Shown one piece after another: positions 28,900-36,648 of a stretch of DNA of 64,000 bases. A program made the position numbers and the translations under genes. This DNA comes from Longimicrobiales bacterium (GTDB lineage: Bacteria > Gemmatimonadota > Gemmatimonadetes > Longimicrobiales > Gaopeijiaceae): assembly GCA_963664435.2 (NCBI GenBank), contig CAXXKM010000003.1:768001-832000 (forward strand), written 5' to 3'. Every line of letters begins with the position of its first letter. Within the stretch, counting starts at the first letter, position 1. Under the pieces are notes generated by a model that saw only the letters and a program-made list of their open reading frames with translations, did no database searches and had not been told where the DNA came from.

Positions 28900-30910
28900 C
28901 GAGCGCCACCAGTTCGGCCGCGTGGCCGCGGTCGCCCACCGCCACCACGATGAACTGGCGTCCGTCGGCCAGGTAGGTCATCGGGACGCCGGTCTGGTTG
29001 GCGGGAAGCTCGAACTCGTGCACGATCTCGCCGGTCGCCTTGTCATGGGCGCGCAGCTTGTTGCCGCCCGACCCGAAGGCCGCGAACATCCCGCCCCCCT
29101 CCCCGGCGAAGAGCAGGCTCCGGGTCACCATGGTGCCGCCCCGGTCTGGCTTCCCCGTGGGTGGAATGTCCACGCCGGCCAGCGCCGGGTGCTCGCGCAC
29201 GTAGTCGGGGGTGTCGCCGTTGGGCCTCATCCACACATGGTCGCCGGTGTTCAGGTCGATGGCCGTGATGCGCCCCCACGGCGGCTTGATCAGCGGCAGC
29301 CCCTGCGGACCGCCGCCCCGCACCCGGCGGAAGGCGCGCCCGGAGATATAGTCCATGCTGGAGATCTCCGGGTCGTTGATGAGCCCGTGCACCGACGGAG
29401 ACGTGACGGAGGTGACGTACAGGATGCCGGTCTCCGCGTCGACCGAGCCGCCCGGCCAGTTGGCGCCGCCCAGCGACCCGGGCAGAACCAGCGTGCCCAG
29501 GGTGCCGTTCGGGTCGTCCAGATCGATGACCGAGGGCGGGGTGTAGAGCGGCCCGATCACCAGCCGCGAGACCATGTCCAGCGCCTCGGCGCGCAACTCG
29601 GGGGTGAAGTCGATGAGGTCGTCCACCGATACGCCCTGGCGGTCGAAGGGCGCGGGGCGGGTGGGGAACGGCTGGGTGGGCGCGGTCCACTCGCCGGGCA
29701 CGTCGCTGGGCGCGACCGGCCGCTCCTCTATGGGCCAGACCGGCTCGCCCGTGTAGCGGTCGAAGACGTAGGTGAACGCCTGCTTGGTGACCTGCGCCAC
29801 CGCCGGGATGGTGCGCCCGTCCACGTTGATGTCGAGCAGGATGGGGGGGGCGGGCGGGTCGTAGTCCCAGATGCCGTGATGGACCATCTGGAAGTGCCAC
29901 ACCCGCTCGCCGGTGCGCGCGTCGAGGCACACCAGGCTCTGGGAAAAGAGGTTGTCGCCGGGGTGGTGGCCGCCGTAGTAGTCGCCCGTAGGGGCTTCGA
30001 TGGGCAGGTAGACGTAGCCGCGCTCCAGGTCCGCCGAGAAGGGCGTCCAGACGGCCGCGTTGCCGGTGGAGCTCCAGGACCCGTTCAGCCAGGTGTCGTT
30101 GCCGAACTCGCCCTCCTGGGGGATCGTGTGGAAGATCCACAGGCGCTCGCCCGTGCGCACGTCGTAGCCGCGCACATGGCCGGGCGGCATGTCGGGCTTC
30201 GGGGGCGAGCTTCCGGACGGCAGCGCGGTCCCCACCACCGCCACGTCGCCCACGATCACCGGCGGGGAGCTCGAACCGAGCGGGTCGTTGTCGATGTCGA
30301 CCTCGCGGGGGCCGAAGTCCCTGCGCAGATCGACGACCCCGTCCTGGCCGAAGGCGGGGTCCGGCCGTCCGGTCTTCGCATCCAGCGAGACCATGTGGTA
30401 GGCCGGGGTGATCACGAGGACGCGCTCCGCCTGGCCGTCGGTCCAGTAGGCGACCCCGCGTCCGGAGTTGGCGCGCGGCGCGGTCTCGGCGCGCACACCC
30501 TCGTCCATGCGATACATCCACAGGGTCTCGCCGGTGGCCCCGTCGATGGCGACCACCGCCCGCCGGTAGCCCGCGGTGACGTAGAGGGTGCCGTTCACCG
30601 CGAGCGGGGTTACCCGGTAGTTGAACTCGGGTCGGTCGCCGAAGTTGCGCGACTCCCAGCGCCACGCGATCTCCAGGTCGGCGACGTTGTCCGCTGCGAT
30701 CTGGTCGAGCGGCGAGTACTTGGTGCTCCCCGCGTCACCCCCGTAGTAGAGCCAGTTGCCCTCGGCCGCCCCCTGCTGCGCAACGAGTTCCGGCCCGGTG
30801 GCCGGTGCTGCCAGCACCGCGGCGGCGAAGATCGCTCCGGCGGCGAGGATGCGGAGGGGGGAGGGGGATCGGCGGGAGCTGCATCGACTACGATTCACGG
30901 CTTCGTGCAT
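28886..30910 (-). CDS. PQQ-dependent dehydrogenase (quinoprotein glucose dehydrogenase-like, exported)
   Basis: YSPLDQI, HHGIWDYD, GGANW, KPPWGRITAID and PMTY..GRQFIVV. Start ATG 30910 with aggag RBS. Confidence 0.9.
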   Translation of the reverse strand: MHEAVNRSRCSSRRSPSPLRILAAGAIFAAAVLAAPATGPELVAQQGAAEGNWLYYGGDAGSTKYSPLDQIAADNVADLEIAWRWESRNFGDRPEFNYRVTPLAVNGTLYVTAGYRRAVVAIDGATGETLWMYRMDEGVRAETAPRANSGRGVAYWTDGQAERVLVITPAYHMVSLDAKTGRPDPAFGQDGVVDLRRDFGPREVDIDNDPLGSSSPPVIVGDVAVVGTALPSGSSPPKPDMPPGHVRGYDVRTGERLWIFHTIPQEGEFGNDTWLNGSWSSTGNAAVWTPFSADLERGYVYLPIEAPTGDYYGGHHPGDNLFSQSLVCLDARTGERVWHFQMVHHGIWDYDPPAPPILLDINVDGRTIPAVAQVTKQAFTYVFDRYTGEPVWPIEERPVAPSDVPGEWTAPTQPFPTRPAPFDRQGVSVDDLIDFTPELRAEALDMVSRLVIGPLYTPPSVIDLDDPNGTLGTLVLPGSLGGANWPGGSVDAETGILYVTSVTSPSVHGLINDPEISSMDYISGRAFRRVRGGGPQGLPLIKPPWGRITAIDLNTGDHVWMRPNGDTPDYVREHPALAGVDIPPTGKPDRGGTMVTRSLLFAGEGGGMFAAFGSGGNKLRAHDKATGEIVHEFELPANQTGVPMTYLADGRQFIVVAVGDRGHAAELVALALPQ

Positions 30911-31007
30911 CGGGGACTCCTGGCTGCGGGTACGGGCCACCGTCGGGCGCGCGGGCGCATGCCAGCGAATGTCGTTCACGGACGACTACTTCACAACTCC
31001 CCGATGC

Positions 31008-31457
31008 TCACATCGAGTGCCTCTTGAAGGACCACGACGAGCGACCTGACCGACTCTCGTCCGGTGCGGGCTGCGGCTCGTCGGCATCGAGCCGCGCAGG
31101 ATCGGTCTCATCGACCGCGGGAAACGCCTCGAGGGCCGCGGTGCGGGACTCGTGGACCGGAATGATCTTGTCGAAGCCGCTCAGCGACACGACCGAGAGG
31201 ATCGGTCCCGACAATCCGCACATGGCAATCGTCTGGTCGGCTTGCCTGAACTTCCTGGCGACCATCAGAATGACGCTCAGTCCCGCGCTGCTCATGTAGG
31301 AAAGATGCTGAAGATCGAGCAGCAAGGCCTTTTCCCCCGGCGGGATCCCCGACTCCATCGCCGCACGGAAGTCCGCGCTGTTTGCGCTGTCGACCCGCCC
31401 CGCAGGCACCGCAATCAGCACACCGGCCACTCTCTCCCAGCCAACCTTCAGATCCAT
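31008..31457 (-). CDS. STAS-domain anti-sigma factor antagonist (RsbV/SpoIIAA-like)
   Basis: GRVDSAN, LLDLQHLSYMSSAGL (phosphorylatable Ser) and LSGFDKII. Start ATG 31457. Confidence 0.88.
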   Translation of the reverse strand: MDLKVGWERVAGVLIAVPAGRVDSANSADFRAAMESGIPPGEKALLLDLQHLSYMSSAGLSVILMVARKFRQADQTIAMCGLSGPILSVVSLSGFDKIIPVHESRTAALEAFPAVDETDPARLDADEPQPAPDESRSGRSSWSFKRHSM

Positions 31458-31826
31458 GGATTCCCTCAAGGTTGCGGTGAGGCGGAAGCGGAGCTGTTGA
31501 CGAGATGGGTCCCGGCCCGCTGCGGCGGCGCCAACGCGCGGGCCCTTCTGCAGATCTCGCTCAGCGGGCACAAAACTGATGGCCCGGTCGCCCGGTGTCA
31601 ACAAGAATCATGCTCGCCCCCTCAACCGCGTTGGGGGCATATCCGACAGGTAGGATCAAACCGCGGATCCAACCCGATTGCGAGGTTGAACGGGTCGAGG
31701 AACGGTGATATGATCCCGGCGCAAAGGTAACATGCGGCGGATGAACGCCGTCAGGATGCTCTTGGCTAATGTGACAGATCGAATCAGTGAGGGACGCCCG
31801 CTGCGGGTGCGGGAGACAGGGCGCAC

Positions 31827-32738
31827 TTGAGCGAGCGAGGCGTCTCCCGCTGGCTCTCCTCCCTTGAATCGGAAGCCATCGAGATCATCCGCGAGGGGAT
31901 CGCGGGCGCCGCCCGACCCGTCATGCTCTACTCGATGGGCAAGGACTCGTCGGTTCTGCTCCACCTGGCCCGCAAGGCGTTCTGGCCCGCGCCGCCCCCC
32001 CTTCCCCTCTTGCACATCGACACCACCTGGCAGTTCCGCGAGATGATCGCCTTCCGCGACCGCGTGATCGCCGAGGCGGGGGTCGAGCTCGTGGTTCACG
32101 TGAACCAGGAGGGGCTGAAGGCCGGCGTGGATCCGTTCTCGCATGGATCGCAGCGCTACACCGACGTGATGACCACAGAGGCGCTGCGCCAGGCCCTAGA
32201 CGCCGGGAAGTACGACATCATCTTCGTGGGCGGCCGGCGGGACGAGGAAAAATCGCGTGCCAAGGAGCGGGTGTTCTCGTTCCGCAACTCGGCCCATCAG
32301 TGGGACCCCAAGGCCCAGCGGCCCGAACTGTGGAACCTGTACAATACCCGCGTCCACCAGGGCGAATCGCTCCGCGTGTCTCCCCTTTCCAACTGGACCG
32401 AGACAGACGTCTGGCGCTACATCGCGGCCGAGGGAATCCCGGTTGTCCCGCTCTATTTCGCGAAGAAGCGCCCGGTCGTCGAGCGTGAGGGCCAATGGAT
32501 CATGGTCGACGACGAGCGCATGCCCCTGGGCGCCCGCGAGGAGCCCCGGCACCTTCGCATCCGCTTCCGCACCCTGGGATGTTATCCGCTCACCGCCGCG
32601 GTCGAGAGCACCGCCGACACCCCGGACGCGGTCCTCGCCGAGACGCTGGCGATTCACGACTCCGAGCGCCGGGGACGCCTGGTCGACCACGACGGAGACG
32701 CGTCCATGGAACGCAAGAAGCGGGAGGGTTATTTCTGA
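31827..32738 (+). CDS. cysD: Sulfate adenylyltransferase subunit 2
   Basis: [45 protein letters not shown] and KKREGYF. Confidence 0.96.
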   Translation: MSERGVSRWLSSLESEAIEIIREGIAGAARPVMLYSMGKDSSVLLHLARKAFWPAPPPLPLLHIDTTWQFREMIAFRDRVIAEAGVELVVHVNQEGLKAGVDPFSHGSQRYTDVMTTEALRQALDAGKYDIIFVGGRRDEEKSRAKERVFSFRNSAHQWDPKAQRPELWNLYNTRVHQGESLRVSPLSNWTETDVWRYIAAEGIPVVPLYFAKKRPVVEREGQWIMVDDERMPLGAREEPRHLRIRFRTLGCYPLTAAVESTADTPDAVLAETLAIHDSERRGRLVDHDGDASMERKKREGYF

Positions 32739-32889
32739 TATTGGGGGGCGGTAGCCCTCCTGCCCGCACCACTCGGCTCCGCCGGACGGCCAAGGTGCGC
32801 ATCGGCTCAGGGATGGCTGGTGCCTCATCCTTCCCTCAGGCTCTCGCCCCTTTCCCTCAATCCCTCGCCTCCTTCCCTCCAGAGGCACA

Positions 32890-34590
32890 TCATCGCATAG
32901 CCCCAGTCGATGCGTTCGCCCGTCCACAGCGAGTCCCCGGTCCAGGCGTCGATGCCGTCCTGGCCGTGCCAGCGGTGCAGACCGAAGTCCTGCGCCGAGG
33001 GTGGCGGCGGGTCTGCCAACGTCGAGGACGAGACCGATGTTCCCGGGGAGGCCAGGGGCAGTGCCACCGGAGCCTTCGGGCATGCGGCCGAGGCATCCGG
33101 AATGCGGGCGAGGGCTCCCGGGGTGCGAGCGAAGGCTTCCGGAGTGTCGGCGAGCCGCCGCGGGGCACCCCTTCGGCGATGTCGGGAGAGGCGGGCACCA
33201 GGTCGCCGATGTCCGACGGCTCCGGCTGCACGGGCAGCGGAACGCCCAGCGGATTGAAGAAGCGCGGGGCTCCCCACTCGTCCATCTCCACCCGCCAGCC
33301 CCCCTCGTGGACCGCGCGGTGGTGGAAGGGGCACAGCAGCACCAGGTTGTTCATGGCGGTCTCTCCACCGTGGGCCCACGGGGTGATGTGGTGGGCGTGG
33401 GTGCGCGCGCGCGAATCGCACCCGGGGAACCGGCAGCCGCCGTCGCGTGCCTCCAGGGCCTTGCGCAGCCGCCAGCCGACGGTCCTTCGACGGCGCCCGA
33501 CATCGAGCACGGAGCCGTCGCCCGCCCGCGCAATCGGCACGACCTCCGCATCGCAGGTGAGCCGCGAAGACGTTTCAGCTGAAACCCGCGAGCCATCCTC
33601 GGTGACCAGCAGAACCGCAGCGTCCTGTTCCTGCGCCAAGGGTGCATCCTGTTCCTGCGCCACCGCAGCGTCCTGTTCCTGCTCCACCGCAGCGTTCTGT
33701 GCCTGCTCCGCTGGCGCATCCTGTTCCTGCGTCACCGCAGCGTTCTGTGCCTGCTCCTCTTGCGCCCCGTGCTGGCCGCCTGCGAACGAGTGGACCACGA
33801 GCTGCACCTGAGGTTGCACCCGCTCTTCCAGCCAAAGCCCCAGGGCGTCGGCCCGGCGTTGCTCCGCCGACGTCCTGTGCGCGGTCCCGGCATTGCGCTC
33901 GGCGCGGTAGAGCCGGGTCTCCGCCACCTCGAGCGCCTTGAGGAGCAGGGCGCCGACCTCCGGGTTTAGCCGGCCCCGCACTTCGTAGCTGCCGTCCTCG
34001 GTGAGCCACAGCGAGAGGCCGCGGCGCTCCTCACGGGCGGCCCGGGAGGCGTCGCCCCGGTCGATGCGCCGCCAATACCGGACCATCTTTTCCACGTGCG
34101 CGGTGGTGCCGTGGCGGGCGAACTCAAGGAGTTCGGCCTCGTTTTCGGCGTCGGCGATGCGGGTCATGGCCCGCACCTTCGAGTACGAGATCTCGCCCCT
34201 GGCGAAGGCGTCGGGGATGAGGGACAGCGAGGGGAGACAGCGCGCCACGCGCACCTTCTCGCGGGCGGGACCTAGCGAGATGCCGGTACGCCAGGAGAGC
34301 CAGTGGGCGCAGGAGCGAAATCCCTGCCAGCGTTCCTCTTCGTCGTAGACCCTCAGCAGGCAGAGGAGCCGGTAGGTGGCGGCGGTGATGTGGGCGCACA
34401 GAAGCGCGATCTCGTCGCCGAGGGGGTCAAGCGTGTTCGGGACGGAGGCAGCTGGCGAAGTAGGAGCTGGCGCATGGGTAGCTGGCGAAGAAGGGGCCGG
34501 CGAAGTAGGAGCTGGCGAAGTAGGAGCTGGCGAAGTAGGAGCCGGGGCAGGAAGAGTCGGGGCGAGTGCTGCTGCGGAGGCAGTGGACAT
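32890..34590 (-). CDS. DUF222 / HNH endonuclease protein, copy 2 (probable frameshift near the 3' end; true end probably 32825)
   Basis: SCAHWLSWRTG..AREKVRVAR, SYSKVRAMTR, QRRADAL, VSAETS..TCDA and RDGGCRFPGC..HHITPWAHGGET..NLVLLCPFHHRAVHEGG. Confidence 0.88.
   Translation of the reverse strand: MSTASAAALAPTLPAPAPTSPAPTSPAPTSPAPSSPATHAPAPTSPAASVPNTLDPLGDEIALLCAHITAATYRLLCLLRVYDEEERWQGFRSCAHWLSWRTGISLGPAREKVRVARCLPSLSLIPDAFARGEISYSKVRAMTRIADAENEAELLEFARHGTTAHVEKMVRYWRRIDRGDASRAAREERRGLSLWLTEDGSYEVRGRLNPEVGALLLKALEVAETRLYRAERNAGTAHRTSAEQRRADALGLWLEERVQPQVQLVVHSFAGGQHGAQEEQAQNAAVTQEQDAPAEQAQNAAVEQEQDAAVAQEQDAPLAQEQDAAVLLVTEDGSRVSAETSSRLTCDAEVVPIARAGDGSVLDVGRRRRTVGWRLRKALEARDGGCRFPGCDSRARTHAHHITPWAHGGETAMNNLVLLCPFHHRAVHEGGWRVEMDEWGAPRFFNPLGVPLPVQPEPSDIGDLVPASPDIAEGVPRGGSPTLRKPSLAPREPSPAFRMPRPHARRLRWHCPWPPREHRSRPRRWQTRRHPRRRTSVCTAGTARTASTPGPGTRCGRANASTGAMR
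33614..33757 (-). repeat. 24-bp in-frame tandem repeat x6 (xQEQDAAV)
   Basis: accgcagcgtcctgttcctgcgcc and variants. Confidence 0.9.
34451..34540 (-). repeat. 15-bp in-frame tandem repeat x6 (PAPTS)
   Basis: gctggcgaagtagga units. Confidence 0.9.
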
Positions 34591-34749
34591 CGTGTCTGAT
34601 CCCGGAGCTTCAGGGGTGAATTGGCTGGTGGCTTACCTCCTTGTACCCCGAGCTTCGGGTTATGTTCGGTCTCCGCGTCGCTTTGTCCCGGAATACCGAA
34701 CGGTTAGAATCAGGCCGTGCTCACCGGATCCCGAGAGGAAAGCCGCCTG

Positions 34750-36594
34750 ATGGCCCCTTTCCCGCCGCCACCGCGACCTCCCCTGCGCTTCGTGCTGTGC
34801 GGAAGTGTGGACGACGGCAAGAGCACGCTCCTGGGCCGGCTGCTCTACGACTGCCGTCAGGTCTTCGCCGATCAGCTTCGCAAGGTGGAGGAGGATTCAC
34901 GGCGCTGGGGAACGCAGGGCGACAAGGCGGATCTGGCGCTGCTCGTCGACGGCCTGCGCGACGAGCGCGAGCAGGGCATCACCATCGATGTAGCCTACCG
35001 CAGCTTCGAGACGCCCCGTCGCCGTTTCATCGTCGCCGACGCGCCCGGCCACGAGCAGTACACACGCAACATGGCGACCGGCGCCTCGAACGCCGATGTG
35101 GCGGTCGTCCTGGCCGATGCCCGCAAGGGAATCCTTCCCCAGACCGCGCGTCATACCCGCATCGCCGCCATGTTCGGGGTGCGGCACCTGGTCCTCGCGG
35201 TCAACAAGATGGACCTCGTGCTCTGGGATCGGAGCACCTTCGAAGCGATTGCGGACCGGTATCGGTCGATGGCGCGCGACGTGGGTGTCGAGAACCTGCA
35301 GATCGTACCCATATCTTCGCTGACGGGAGACAATCTCACGCACCGCTGCGCGTCGGCGGAATGGTATTCCGGCCCAACGCTGCTCGAGCACCTGGAGAGG
35401 GTCGAGGTCGAATCGTCCATCGCCAGGGAGTCCTTCCGGATGCCCGTGCAGTACGTCAACCGGCCCAACCTCGACTTTCGCGGCTACAGCGGCCGGATCG
35501 CGGCCGGGAGGGTTTCGGTGGGGGACCGCGTGCGCATATCCCCGTCGGGAATGGAGACCTTCGTGGAATCGATCGTGGTGTGGCGGGGGACCCGGGAGCA
35601 CGCCGAGCGGGGGGAGTCGGTGACCCTTACCCTGCTGGACGACGTGGACGTGACGCGGGGCGACGTGATCGCGGAAGCCTTCAATCCCCCGGGCGTGACC
35701 GACCAGTTCCAGGCCAACCTGATCTGGATGAACGATCGTCCCCTGGTCGTCGGCCGTTCCTACCTCCTCAAGATCCATTCGCGGGAGGTGAGTGCGACCG
35801 TAACCCGGATCAAGTACCGGCTGGATGTGTCGCGGGGGAACAGGCTGGCAGCCACGACGCTGAGCCTCAATGATCTGGCCACGGTCAACATCTCGACCAA
35901 CCGGCCGATCCCCTACGCGCCCTTCGACCGGTATCCGGGGCTGGGCAGCTTCATCATGATCGACCAGGCCACCCACGAAACCGCAGGTGCCGGCGCGATC
36001 GAGTTCGCGCTCAAACGCGCGTCGAACATCCGGTGGCAGGACTTCCACGTCACCCGCGAGGCCCGTCAGGAACTCAAGCTGCAACGGGCCCGGTGCCTGT
36101 GGCTCACCGGGCTCTCGGCATCCGGCAAGTCCACGGTCGCCAACCTGCTCGAGCAGCGCCTCCACTCGGAGGGGAGCCACACCTACCTGCTGGACGGCGA
36201 CAATGTCCGGCATGGGCTCAACCGGGACCTCGGCTTCACCGAGGCCGACCGGGTGGAGAACATCCGCAGGGTCGCCGAGGTGGCGCGTCTCATGGTCGAC
36301 GCGGGGCTGATCGTCATCGTGTCCTTCATCAGCCCGTTCCAGTCCGAACGGGATTTCGCCAGGGGCCTGTTCGAGCCCGGCGACTTCAAGGAGATCTTCG
36401 TCGACGCGTCCATCGAGACCTGCGCGGCGCGCGACCCGAAGGGACTCTACGCCAAGGCGATGAGGGGCGAGATCGGCAACTTCACCGGCATCGACAGCCC
36501 GTACGAGAGGCCCCGGCACCCGGATCTGCGACTCGACACCGAAGCCCTCGCTCCCGAGGAATGCGTCGAGCTGATCGTGCGGCGGCTGCTGTGA
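34750..36594 (+). CDS. cysNC: Bifunctional sulfate adenylyltransferase subunit 1 / APS kinase
   Basis: CGSVDDGKST, EREQGITIDVAYR, DAPGHEQYTRNM and NKMD. APS kinase motifs TGLSASGKST, LDGDNVR and FTGIDSPYE. Confidence 0.95.
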   Translation: MAPFPPPPRPPLRFVLCGSVDDGKSTLLGRLLYDCRQVFADQLRKVEEDSRRWGTQGDKADLALLVDGLRDEREQGITIDVAYRSFETPRRRFIVADAPGHEQYTRNMATGASNADVAVVLADARKGILPQTARHTRIAAMFGVRHLVLAVNKMDLVLWDRSTFEAIADRYRSMARDVGVENLQIVPISSLTGDNLTHRCASAEWYSGPTLLEHLERVEVESSIARESFRMPVQYVNRPNLDFRGYSGRIAAGRVSVGDRVRISPSGMETFVESIVVWRGTREHAERGESVTLTLLDDVDVTRGDVIAEAFNPPGVTDQFQANLIWMNDRPLVVGRSYLLKIHSREVSATVTRIKYRLDVSRGNRLAATTLSLNDLATVNISTNRPIPYAPFDRYPGLGSFIMIDQATHETAGAGAIEFALKRASNIRWQDFHVTREARQELKLQRARCLWLTGLSASGKSTVANLLEQRLHSEGSHTYLLDGDNVRHGLNRDLGFTEADRVENIRRVAEVARLMVDAGLIVIVSFISPFQSERDFARGLFEPGDFKEIFVDASIETCAARDPKGLYAKAMRGEIGNFTGIDSPYERPRHPDLRLDTEALAPEECVELIVRRLL

Positions 36595-36648
36595 GTCGGC
36601 TTGCGCCTCCGCCCTCCCGCGGCGAGGTGTTGTCCGACCCGCGGGCGG

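Larger units (their letters stand above)
32735..34751 (-). mobile_element. Putative DUF222-HNH insertion element (32740-34746) flanked by a 5-bp direct repeat CTGAT
   Basis: CTGAT at 32735-32739 and 34747-34751. Removing the insert plus one copy gives TTCTGATGGCC, with the cysD TGA overlapping the cysNC ATG. Confidence 0.72.

Noticed and set aside
33572..33585. A true chromosomal parS site
   Set aside because: The central ACGT of parS is AGCT here and no parAB or origin genes are in the window. Reported only as parS-like.
32740..34746. Terminal inverted repeats or a classical IS
   Set aside because: Only weak similarity (gcggtagccctc vs gcggctttcctc), and no transposase motif.
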